Assembly (NCBI GenBank): GCA_044236265.1 | Contig: JBIIGV010000008.1 | Span: forward strand, 1 to 45,476 | Direction of reading: 5' to 3' | DNA: 45,476 bases | Source: Oligoflexales bacterium | GTDB lineage: Bacteria; Bdellovibrionota_B; Oligoflexia; Oligoflexales; RGVZ01 | Shown here: positions 35,638 to 44,432 of the stretch, in pieces | Layout of the letters: every line of letters begins with the position of its first letter | Numbering within the stretch: the stretch's first letter is position 1 | Position numbers and translations under genes: made by a program | Notes under the pieces: model-generated | The model's database searches: none | What the model was told of the DNA's origin: nothing | What the model saw: only the letters and a program-made list of their open reading frames with translations

Positions 35638-38019
35638 GTGAGACACTTGTTACTCCCATTGAGTACGCTGAAGGCAGCCGCTATATGCAGCCTGTTTGGC
35701 GCGAATTTATCCATGGCTCAGTCCGGGAGCTTGCAGGGCGATGGTATCGCACAGGCGAGAGCGAAAGTTAGTAGTGTACTCCTTAAGTACTGCGGGGATG
35801 CTTGTGAGCTGGTCAGCGTTGACGCCAGCATAGATCAGCAGGTCGTCGAGTCTGAGGAACTTGGATTCGAAAGTATTGCAGGCGAAGCTTCGACGCGCTC
35901 TGCGTTAGTTGGTATGACGATTGATGTTCAGGTCGACGAACGCGTTTCAGCAGCTGATCAGGATCGTCTTGGAAAACTTATTACGAACGCGGTTCGCTCT
36001 ATCAGTCCATCCGCTGTTGTGCGGTGGAGTAATGTTGCATTTCCTCAAATTGGTGTCTCTGCAGAGGTCGAAGATCGCCTCAAGCAGTCTGTATTGCAGC
36101 GGATCCAAGCCGCTGTTCAAGATACCATCTCAAGCTATTGTCCAACTGAATGTTTACTTTCTAGTGTAAATGTTGATGGTCGACTCATATCTCCAGATGC
36201 TGCACGAGGCGTTTCTGAGCGCGAGCTGGTAAGGGAAAGGGGAGGTCGCGGGATCCTTCGATTAGAAAATATCGATATCGACGTCAGCTTTGATGAAAAG
36301 CTATCTCAGGATGCTCGAACAAGAATCTACAATCTCATTAAAGCGAAAACCAGATTTGCGTTCCCAGTGAACATAAATGTTGCCGTGGTCGATTTTCCGG
36401 AGATCGCAAAAACCCGTGATGAACGCGATCCTTGGAATCTGGATCGATTGCGTCAGACATTGCAGATTTTCAGAGATTTAGCGGGCACGAAGGAAATTAT
36501 CACCAATAGTACCAATAGCAATACGAGCGCTACAAATAATCGCGAGCAGGTGGAGCGGACTGAGTCACGGGACTCAAAGGAAACATCCAGCCTGACCAGC
36601 AAGGAAAAGACATCTGCCTCCGAGAAAGCCATCTCTTCGACCTCTGAAAAGTCTGAGGCGATCTCTGAATCTGAACGCAACACCCAAGGCGGTGAGAATA
36701 CAGAAACCATGATGTACATAGCAGGATTCCTGGTTTTAGCGGGAATCTTGGTAGCTATGATTATGCGATTTGCATCGGCATCCAAGGATGCGCGCATCAT
36801 GCTTGAGTCACTTCCAACGGCGAATAGAGGTGCTGTGCCTGGAACAATGGCGGGATCAGCGGGAGACATGGGCTCTACCGGGACAAGTGCCGTGCAAGGG
36901 ATGCCAATTGTTGCTGGACGTGATGGGTTCTCTGGAAAATTACGGATTGAAGTTCTAAGAGAAGAACTCCTGAAGGTCTTTATGGATCAGCCGAAAGTAG
37001 CTCGTGATACGTTTTCCAGAATGATTAAGGAAGAGGGTATTGAGCAAACGGCTAAGTATGTGAATGTCTTTGGTCCTATGATTATTTTTGATCTCATGAA
37101 TGATCCCAATTTAAAGCGCGATCTCCATGACTTGGGCGAATATTATTACAAGGCATCGTTTGCTTTTACAGACGACCAAATTCTAGAGTTACTGCTAAAT
37201 CTAAAGACGAAGGTGACGGCAAGTGAGATCCGCGTGATGGCTCATCGGCACGCAGAGCAGTTTGATTTCCTCCAGAATTTGGAGCCGTCACAAATTTTTA
37301 CTTTGATTTCTGAGGAAAAGCCCCTTGTTCAAAGCGTGGTTCTCACGCAGCTTGATCATAGTAGACGCCGAGTCGTATTTGATCTTTACGAAGGCGATGC
37401 TAAGGTTAGCCTAATGCGTGAACTTTGTCGTGCTGACGCAATTCCGAAGGAGTTTTTATCTAACGTCGCAAAAGCTCTACATAAAAAAGTCCTTAATCGC
37501 ACGGACTTCGATACAGAACAGTTGCGCTCAAGCGATATCATTCTGGATCTTCTTGAAAAGTCGACCTTGCAGGCTCAAAGGGAGCTGATGGCCGATTTGG
37601 TTAAGACAAATCCCGAGGCTGCACGTGGTATCAAGCTGAAGCTCGTCACGGTTGAGATGCTACCATATATTAAGGATGGACATTTGCTAGAGATCGTCAT
37701 GGGACTTGAGCGAGAGGATCTGTTGTCATTTCTTGTCGGCTCTCCGGAGCACATACGTGAGTTGTTGCTGGCCAAGGCTCCGTCAGAGTTGTCTCAAAGC
37801 TGGATGGAAGATGTTGAGCAGCTGGCGGGTGTTGAAGAGGCGCGATATCGATTGGCGGAGATGCGCATCTTGGCTCGCGTTCGCAACCTAGCTAATAGTG
37901 GTGCGATTCGCCTGATTGATATCAATGATCGTATATTTGCTGCTGAGCATTTAGCTAATGCTTCCCGCTCGTCTGAGCCGGTGGAGATGGCCGTTGGAAA
38001 TAATTTCATTGCAGCTTAA
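35638..38019 (+). CDS. Membrane-anchored protein with C-terminal FliG M+C domains; apparent FliF-FliG fusion-like protein
   Basis: Signal peptide, duplicated periplasmic module, TM at aa ~358-376, FDFLQNLEP...EEKP (FliG-M-like), NPEAA.GIK.KLVT.E.L...L.G....IRE.LL...ED...AE.RIL..VR.L...G.I (FliG-C-like). Confidence 0.75.
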   Translation: MRHLLLPLSTLKAAAICSLFGANLSMAQSGSLQGDGIAQARAKVSSVLLKYCGDACELVSVDASIDQQVVESEELGFESIAGEASTRSALVGMTIDVQVDERVSAADQDRLGKLITNAVRSISPSAVVRWSNVAFPQIGVSAEVEDRLKQSVLQRIQAAVQDTISSYCPTECLLSSVNVDGRLISPDAARGVSERELVRERGGRGILRLENIDIDVSFDEKLSQDARTRIYNLIKAKTRFAFPVNINVAVVDFPEIAKTRDERDPWNLDRLRQTLQIFRDLAGTKEIITNSTNSNTSATNNREQVERTESRDSKETSSLTSKEKTSASEKAISSTSEKSEAISESERNTQGGENTETMMYIAGFLVLAGILVAMIMRFASASKDARIMLESLPTANRGAVPGTMAGSAGDMGSTGTSAVQGMPIVAGRDGFSGKLRIEVLREELLKVFMDQPKVARDTFSRMIKEEGIEQTAKYVNVFGPMIIFDLMNDPNLKRDLHDLGEYYYKASFAFTDDQILELLLNLKTKVTASEIRVMAHRHAEQFDFLQNLEPSQIFTLISEEKPLVQSVVLTQLDHSRRRVVFDLYEGDAKVSLMRELCRADAIPKEFLSNVAKALHKKVLNRTDFDTEQLRSSDIILDLLEKSTLQAQRELMADLVKTNPEAARGIKLKLVTVEMLPYIKDGHLLEIVMGLEREDLLSFLVGSPEHIRELLLAKAPSELSQSWMEDVEQLAGVEEARYRLAEMRILARVRNLANSGAIRLIDINDRIFAAEHLANASRSSEPVEMAVGNNFIAA

Positions 38020-38031
38020 TTTTTTGAGATA

Positions 38032-38056
38032 AGCCCCTTTTATTCAAAAAGGGGCT
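38032..38056. terminator. Hairpin/terminator between convergent genes
   Basis: AGCCCCTTTT / AAAAGGGGCT 10-bp stem. Confidence 0.65.
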
Positions 38057-38062
38057 AGTATT

Positions 38063-38887
38063 TTATAATCCTGACATGTAAGAGATCGCTTTTTCAAAAT
38101 GTGGATAAAAATGGCTGACCTCTACGCACGGTCCCGTTGATAAGGTTGCCCCATCTCGCAACGAGGCTTCAACGTGGGGCCTCATTTCGTCAATCATGAT
38201 CATGCCCAGACCTGCCAGTGGCTTTCCTAGCATATTATCAAAAATGTCACAGTGTCGTTTGGACATGGTTTCGATAGTTATTTCGGATATTATTTCGCGC
38301 AGTCCCTCGTAGCTTGCGTCATTGACGGTCACTTTGATCGGAGTCGAGTCAGCGGCATCTTCGCCAACATATTCCGGATTGGGTCGCCTTTCGATAAAGT
38401 TCTCGTCATTGTTAATGACGAGAACATATTTAGTCCGCATGAATCCTGCCCCCCAAAGATAGATTTTAGAGATTTGGGGATCGATCGGGGTATATGTACT
38501 CGTTGGTGAACAATTGCGTTGATTTGTTACGTCGTCGATTCCGACATCAATCATGTGCGAGAACCCCGTTCTGAAGCACAGGTTACCTGCGATGTTTGCC
38601 GCTTCTTCGCAATGTGATCCAGTTGTGAAAATCGTGATCAGCCCCGGTACTGGCCCATAAGTACATACAGTCCTTGTGGACGACGTGTCGTACCATGATG
38701 GATATGGGGCATTCATGATCATGAGGTCCCGATTTTCGTGAGCTGCGTAAAACTCAAGCCCTGACCCGCAGTGATGTTCCAATTCGTGCTTGAGTCGCTC
38801 GCAGATCGGATTTGCCCTTAATTGCACGCCAGTATTTGCTAAAACAACGAGCGCTAAGGACCGAGGAATTAAAGAAAAATAATTCAT
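38063..38887 (-). CDS. Secreted hypothetical protein, 8 Cys
   Basis: AGGAG RBS, signal-like N-terminus, 274-aa ORF, no recognised motif. Confidence 0.65.
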   Translation of the reverse strand: MNYFSLIPRSLALVVLANTGVQLRANPICERLKHELEHHCGSGLEFYAAHENRDLMIMNAPYPSWYDTSSTRTVCTYGPVPGLITIFTTGSHCEEAANIAGNLCFRTGFSHMIDVGIDDVTNQRNCSPTSTYTPIDPQISKIYLWGAGFMRTKYVLVINNDENFIERRPNPEYVGEDAADSTPIKVTVNDASYEGLREIISEITIETMSKRHCDIFDNMLGKPLAGLGMIMIDEMRPHVEASLRDGATLSTGPCVEVSHFYPHFEKAISYMSGL

Positions 38888-39143
38888 GACTGAGTCTCCT
38901 TGTGTTGTCGGTTACAAATCTGCTGCCGGGTTGTCCGACAGCTATGTGACAGTCATAAATGGGGTCTTAGCTAAGATTAAGACGGGAAATTTACGCATCC
39001 TGCCAGAGTTGACTTTTAAGTACCCGAAATGTCATTGGAAAATATCTTTGCGTACGCCTCTAGAACCCGTTGAAATTCTTGCGATCTCAGGTAAATTACG
39101 CTGCCTAACATAGCCGTAACGATGCTCACCACTTGAGGTTTCC

Positions 39144-40784
39144 ATGATCAATGTCAGCAATGCCACTAAACGATATGGCGACCGTGTGTTGTATGCTAAC
39201 GCAAGTTTTATCGTCAGACCGGGGGACAAAATTGGTTTGGTCGGTCCAAACGGAGCAGGAAAATCCACCATATTTAAAATTATTGTCGGTCGAGATCATC
39301 TGGATGACGGAACAGTGACTGTCGACCCTGGAGTCCTTGTCGGCTACTTCGATCAAAATATTGGCGAGATGGCCGGTCGTAGTGCGCTAGCTGAGTGTAT
39401 TGCAGGCGCTGGTAAGGTTTCTGAAATCGGTATTGAATTGGCAGCCATGGAAGCGCGGATGGGCCGGTTTGCTGACGAGCCGATGGGTGATGATGAGATG
39501 ATGACCTTCATGGAGCGTTTTGGGGAGCTCCAAATGGAGTATCAGGCGCGAGGTGGATATGATCTCGAATCGCGAGCTCAAGCAATTCTCACAGGCTTAG
39601 GCATTGGTCCTGACGCTTACAATCGTCCGGTGGAAAGTTTCTCGGGTGGTTGGAAAATGCGTATTGCTCTTGGGCAAATTCTTTTGCTTAACCCCGATGT
39701 TCTTTTGATAGATGAGCCGACTAACCACTTGGACATAGAATCGATTCTTTGGCTCGAAGAATGGCTGAAGAATTTTAAGGGTGCGATCGTAATGACGAGT
39801 CACGACCGTGAGTTCATGAACCGCATTTGTGGTCGAACAGTAGAGATAGCTAACAAGCAGATTACGACATATAGCGGCAACTATGATTTTTACTTGCGTG
39901 AACGGGAGATTCGCCGCGAACAACAAATCGCCGCATTCAAACGTCAACAAGAGCAACTGGCAAAAGAAGAGGAATTTATTGCAAAGTTCGCTGCGCGGGC
40001 TTCACATGCAGCACAAGTACAGTCGCGCGTTAAAAAATTAGACAAGATTGAACGTCTTGAGTTGCCAGTTGAAACAAAAAAACTAAACTTCGAATTTGCG
40101 GCTGCTCCGAGGAGTGGCAACGATGTTGTTCGATTGGAATCTCTTTGTAAGGAATACCCTCTGCATGAGGGTGGCGTTAAACGGGTTTTTAGCGGTGTGA
40201 GTGGGGTTGTTCAGCGTCAGAACAAGATCGCAGTGACTGGAGTCAACGGCGCAGGTAAAAGTACGCTATTAAAATGTATTATCGGTGATACAGCGGCGAC
40301 ATCGGGTGGCGCCGTTATTGGAGCTAGTGTTAATCTGGGGTATTTTTCGCAGTACTCATGCGATCTACTAAATCCAGAAAACACGATCTGGGATGAAGTT
40401 TCCAATCGACTGCCTGCGGCCTCTGTTGGCTACCTGCGTAATCTTCTGGGAGCATTCATGTTTTCAGGGGATGACATCGAAAAAAAGATTCGTATGCTAT
40501 CTGGAGGCGAGAAGAGCCGCGTGATGCTTGCCTGTATTTTGGCGACTCCAGTGAACTTTCTGGTTCTCGATGAACCGACAAACCATCTGGATATCGACAG
40601 TCGCGAGACTTTGCTCAATGCGCTCAAAGATTTTGATGGCACCGTTATGATCGTTAGTCACGACCGTTATTTCCTACGTAGCATCGTCAATCGTGTCTTT
40701 GAAATCGACCACGGTGAGATGCGTGTTTACGACGGCACATACGACTACTATCTGGAAAAGACAAGTCATAGGCACCATCATTAA
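39144..40784 (+). CDS. ABC-F family ATPase
   Basis: Two NBDs (GPNGAGKS, FSGGW, DEPTNHLD; GVNGAGKS, LSGGE, DEPTNHLD, SHDR) with no TM segments. Confidence 0.95.
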   Translation: MINVSNATKRYGDRVLYANASFIVRPGDKIGLVGPNGAGKSTIFKIIVGRDHLDDGTVTVDPGVLVGYFDQNIGEMAGRSALAECIAGAGKVSEIGIELAAMEARMGRFADEPMGDDEMMTFMERFGELQMEYQARGGYDLESRAQAILTGLGIGPDAYNRPVESFSGGWKMRIALGQILLLNPDVLLIDEPTNHLDIESILWLEEWLKNFKGAIVMTSHDREFMNRICGRTVEIANKQITTYSGNYDFYLREREIRREQQIAAFKRQQEQLAKEEEFIAKFAARASHAAQVQSRVKKLDKIERLELPVETKKLNFEFAAAPRSGNDVVRLESLCKEYPLHEGGVKRVFSGVSGVVQRQNKIAVTGVNGAGKSTLLKCIIGDTAATSGGAVIGASVNLGYFSQYSCDLLNPENTIWDEVSNRLPAASVGYLRNLLGAFMFSGDDIEKKIRMLSGGEKSRVMLACILATPVNFLVLDEPTNHLDIDSRETLLNALKDFDGTVMIVSHDRYFLRSIVNRVFEIDHGEMRVYDGTYDYYLEKTSHRHHH

Positions 40785-40792
40785 TTCGATTT

Positions 40793-42802
40793 TCAAATCT
40801 CAACAGGCCACGGAAGCGTGATGTGCTCGCCGCGGTCAGCATTCTCTGCGTTGAATTCCAGGCAGGTTTCAATTGAATGCTGATTCTGCGCCCATGCGCG
40901 TCGTGCGACACCGCCCATAACATCCCAGGGCATGGCTGCATCAAGAATGGCGTCGACTCTAGCAGTGCCATCTAAAAGCATACCGAAACCGCCATTAATA
41001 GACTTGCCAATGCCCACGCCGCCGCCATTATTTAATGCGCATAGTGTCATGCCGCGAGCTGCGTTCCCGGCAAAAATCTGCGTAGCCATGTCGGCCATGA
41101 TGTTGGAACCGTCCTTGATATTGCTTGTTTCTCGGAATGGGGAATCTGTTCCCCCGGTGTCGTGATGGTCCCGCCCAAGCATAATCGGGCCGACCTCGCC
41201 ACGACGGACCAATTCATTAAACTTCAATGCGATGGCCCTGCGTCCTTTGGCATCTTGGTATAAAATGCGGGCTTTCGTACCCACGACGAGTCGGTTTTTT
41301 TCTGCGTCGCGGACCCAGTTGTAATTATCCTCATCCTGGTAGCGCATTTCTTTGCGCAATGTCTTGATGATTTCAGCAGCTGCTGCATCTGTCTTTTGTA
41401 AGTCCTTTTCATCCCCTGAAAGACAAACCCAGCGAAATGGCCCGTATCCGTAGTCAAACAGTTCTGGTCCCAAAATGTCTTCGACGTAGCTCGGCCAAAT
41501 AAATCCATCCCGCGTATCAATACCATTTTTCGCTATGCTGCTAATTCCAGTGTCGAACACACTTTTCATGAATGCGTTGCCGTAGTCGAAAAAGTATGTG
41601 CCCCGGTCGGCTAAGGTTTTAATAAGCTTGAAGTGATGCTGCAGAGTGGCGTCTACGCGTTTTTTGAATTCGGGCTGATTTTTAGCGAGTAGCTCGGTTC
41701 TCTCTGTGAATGTCATTCCTTGGGGGCAGTATCCGCCCTCATAGACGGCGTGACAACTTGTTTGATCGCTGAGGAGATCAATATGGATTTTTTCATCAAC
41801 GGCATATTGCAGGAGATCAACAATATTTCCCTCAAATGCTATTGCTATCCCGGTTTTTTTTGCCATGGCCTCATGCGCCAGAGCAAATGCGTCCTTCGGA
41901 GTTCTTGCGACAACGTCAACCCATCCCTGGCTATGTCTAGTTTCAATTCTGGAGCGATCGACTTCGGCGATAATACCGGCGCATCCAGCAATGGCCACAG
42001 CCTTGCCTTGAGCTCCACTCATCCCACCCAGTCCGCTGGAGATGAACAATTTACCGCCCATATTTTCACCGTGTTTTAACCCAAGTTTGAGGCGACCAGC
42101 GAGCATAATGGTGTTGTAGGTTCCGTGAACGATTCCTTGCGGACCGATGTACATCCATCCGCCGGCGGTCATCTGTCCATAATTCGCGACGCCGATGGCG
42201 GCCGCACGATGCCAATCCTTTGGATTGTCAAACATTCCGATCATCAGTGCATTCGTTGTGATAACGCGCGGTGCGCCTGGATGAGAGCGGAATAGTCCGA
42301 CAGGGTGTCCAGAGTAAATGACCAGAGTTGTATCTTCAGTTAGCTCTTCAAGGTAGCGTTTGATGAGTCGATATTGCATCCAGTTTTGGCAAACTTGCCC
42401 CGTCTCTCCGTAGGTGACAAGCTCGTACGGATAGAGGGCAATGTCAAAATCTAGATTGTTATCAATCATGACTTGCAAAGCTTTTCCTGCGAGACACTTT
42501 CCCTTGTATTCTTGGACTGGCTTTCCCTTGATTGCGCCGTTTGGTCGAAATCGATAACCGTAAATTCGCCCTCGAGTTTTTAACTCCTCCAAAAATTCAG
42601 ACTTGAGCTGTCCGTGAAATTTCGGATGAACGTAACGAAGTGCATTGGCGAGAGCCAACTTAGTATCCTTTTCATCCAAGTAGAAGCCTCTCGACGGAGC
42701 TCTGCGGTATTTTGGATCGAAAGACGGAATTTCCGGAAGATTGAATTCTAGTTCTTCAACTTTAATGCGTGTGTTTTTTGAAATCTGATTTGCGTTGACC
42801 AT
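40793..42802 (-). CDS. hutU: Urocanate hydratase, long form
   Basis: NNLD...A..P.ELVTYG, YGQMTAG.WMYIGPQGIVHGT, GLGGMSGAQ, SDQTSCH, FDYGN, GPFRWVCLSG, GRDHHD.GG.DSP.RET, GGGVG.G. Confidence 0.95.
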   Translation of the reverse strand: MVNANQISKNTRIKVEELEFNLPEIPSFDPKYRRAPSRGFYLDEKDTKLALANALRYVHPKFHGQLKSEFLEELKTRGRIYGYRFRPNGAIKGKPVQEYKGKCLAGKALQVMIDNNLDFDIALYPYELVTYGETGQVCQNWMQYRLIKRYLEELTEDTTLVIYSGHPVGLFRSHPGAPRVITTNALMIGMFDNPKDWHRAAAIGVANYGQMTAGGWMYIGPQGIVHGTYNTIMLAGRLKLGLKHGENMGGKLFISSGLGGMSGAQGKAVAIAGCAGIIAEVDRSRIETRHSQGWVDVVARTPKDAFALAHEAMAKKTGIAIAFEGNIVDLLQYAVDEKIHIDLLSDQTSCHAVYEGGYCPQGMTFTERTELLAKNQPEFKKRVDATLQHHFKLIKTLADRGTYFFDYGNAFMKSVFDTGISSIAKNGIDTRDGFIWPSYVEDILGPELFDYGYGPFRWVCLSGDEKDLQKTDAAAAEIIKTLRKEMRYQDEDNYNWVRDAEKNRLVVGTKARILYQDAKGRRAIALKFNELVRRGEVGPIMLGRDHHDTGGTDSPFRETSNIKDGSNIMADMATQIFAGNAARGMTLCALNNGGGVGIGKSINGGFGMLLDGTARVDAILDAAMPWDVMGGVARRAWAQNQHSIETCLEFNAENADRGEHITLPWPVEI

Positions 42803-42812
42803 TTTTTCGTCC

Positions 42813-44132
42813 TTATGATTTCACGTCAGTTAAAACTGAACACTTTGATTTGATTTCGAGTAGTTCCATATCGGGATTACTTTTTACGACAAGGCCACTT
42901 CCGGCGGCGTAGCGTGCCGAGCGCATCCAATTGTCACTGATAATCGTACGGATCAGGATGTTGGATTTGACAGCCCCATCGTGCATGACTGCGAAAAGAT
43001 TTCCCATAAAAAATCCACGCGATTGCCCCTCATCGGACTTAATTCGTGCCATGGCAGCTATTTTCGGGGCTCCGGTAATTGAGCCTCCTGGACACAATGA
43101 TTGCAAAACGTCACGTAAGGTTATTTCAGAATTTAGACGCCCTTGCACATGTCCTTCTAGGTGCCACACTCCGGGAAATTTTTTAAGTTCACCAGCGCTG
43201 ATGACATCTACAGATCCCGTGTCACATAATTTCGCGAGATCATTGCGCATCAAATCAATGATCATGCGAAGTTCAGCAATGTCTTTTTCGCTTTTCAACA
43301 ATAGTTGCCCAGCATTGAGATCGGCTTTCTCATCGCCAGAAACCCTCGCGATCGTACCCTTTATAGGCCAGGTTTCAATCTTATGAGCGTCTTTTTCGGT
43401 TGATATTTCCACGAACCGTTCAGGGCTAAATGAAGCAAGAACGCGGCTTCCTTGTGTCAGCAGGCAGCCGTATGGTCCCGCGAATGTTTCTAGTCTCATG
43501 CATAAATTTTCCCAGCCTCCCGCGTTTGGAGATTGAAAAAAGCGTAGAAGATTGACCTGATAGAAATCGCCATTTTTTATCGAGTCGATGATAGACCTTA
43601 CGGCGTCTAGATAAGAGTCGTCACTAGTTACCGGTAGAAGTTCAATGGGTTTCGGACTCGTTGGGATCCACTTCAACGCATCGGATAGAAGAGACTTGAG
43701 TTCACGCGAGGGATCAAGGTGAAAACGGGACGTGTTTGCATCGGCGCGAGCGATGTACTTTGGCTCGTTCCGGTCGGCGGTCCAAATGAGAGCAGCTTTT
43801 ATATTCCATGCAATCGGGCGTTCGTTCGTAGTTACTGCAGATCCCGACGGGAAGAAATCGTAGGGAACCGCGAAAATCCATCTCGGAAGTTCCGATGTAT
43901 CAACCGAGACAAAAGTATCGTCCCTCAGATTAGAAACCCGCAAATCGAGCATATCCTCAAAATTTACGGGGGTCATGGATGTAGCGATGACGACCCGACC
44001 ATCACCCAGCATCGCCAATATTAGGGGCGCGTCCTGATGAGGCCAGCATGCCGCAACCCTAAACGGCCCTTGATGGGTATGACCTTTAATGGGGCCATTT
44101 TTTTTGGATTTAAGAGTCGGTGATTTTCTCAA
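42813..44132 (-). CDS. pabB: Aminodeoxychorismate synthase component I-like chorismate-binding protein (divergent N-terminus, start uncertain)
   Basis: GDFYQVNL, SPERF, PIKGT (the Lys is PabB-type; TrpE has PIAGT), K..AE..MIIDL.RNDL, PGGSITGAPK. Confidence 0.7.
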   Translation of the reverse strand: MRKSPTLKSKKNGPIKGHTHQGPFRVAACWPHQDAPLILAMLGDGRVVIATSMTPVNFEDMLDLRVSNLRDDTFVSVDTSELPRWIFAVPYDFFPSGSAVTTNERPIAWNIKAALIWTADRNEPKYIARADANTSRFHLDPSRELKSLLSDALKWIPTSPKPIELLPVTSDDSYLDAVRSIIDSIKNGDFYQVNLLRFFQSPNAGGWENLCMRLETFAGPYGCLLTQGSRVLASFSPERFVEISTEKDAHKIETWPIKGTIARVSGDEKADLNAGQLLLKSEKDIAELRMIIDLMRNDLAKLCDTGSVDVISAGELKKFPGVWHLEGHVQGRLNSEITLRDVLQSLCPGGSITGAPKIAAMARIKSDEGQSRGFFMGNLFAVMHDGAVKSNILIRTIISDNWMRSARYAAGSGLVVKSNPDMELLEIKSKCSVLTDVKS

Positions 44133-44338
44133 AACAATGCCTTTTCCTGAGGGCTTGTTGGCCAGAATACTCGCTTAAATTCTGCAGGAAAAGTACTTTA
44201 CATAGTCCGCAACGAGACCAGTCACAGTTCGGCGGCCTGGTGTCACAGACTGCACAAGTTGTCGATATTTTAGCCACTTTAGTAGCCTGAGTTTGCGGTA
44301 AGTAGCTGAAATTTTTAATACCGCCTTGACAGGTGCGG

Positions 44339-44354
44339 TGGCACGGGGGTTGCT
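44339..44354 (+). promoter_or_regulatory. Sigma54 (-24/-12) promoter
   Basis: TGGCACG-GGGG-TTGCT, an exact match to TGGCACG-N4-TTGCW, about 80 bp upstream of an RBS and ATG. Confidence 0.8.
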
Positions 44355-44432
44355 CCTTGGCCATTGAGCGGACCAAGGCATCCGCGTGTACTGTTGTTGC
44401 TCTGTATGAGTTGTGTTGTTGTTGGAGGCATT

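Noticed and set aside
38888..39143. Possible structured RNA or riboswitch in the divergent intergenic region
   Set aside because: Only short palindromes; no recognisable aptamer consensus on either strand.
39144..40784. ABC-F as an antibiotic-resistance gene
   Set aside because: No mobile context or leader peptide seen; consistent with a housekeeping ABC-F, and the subfamily cannot be assigned by eye.
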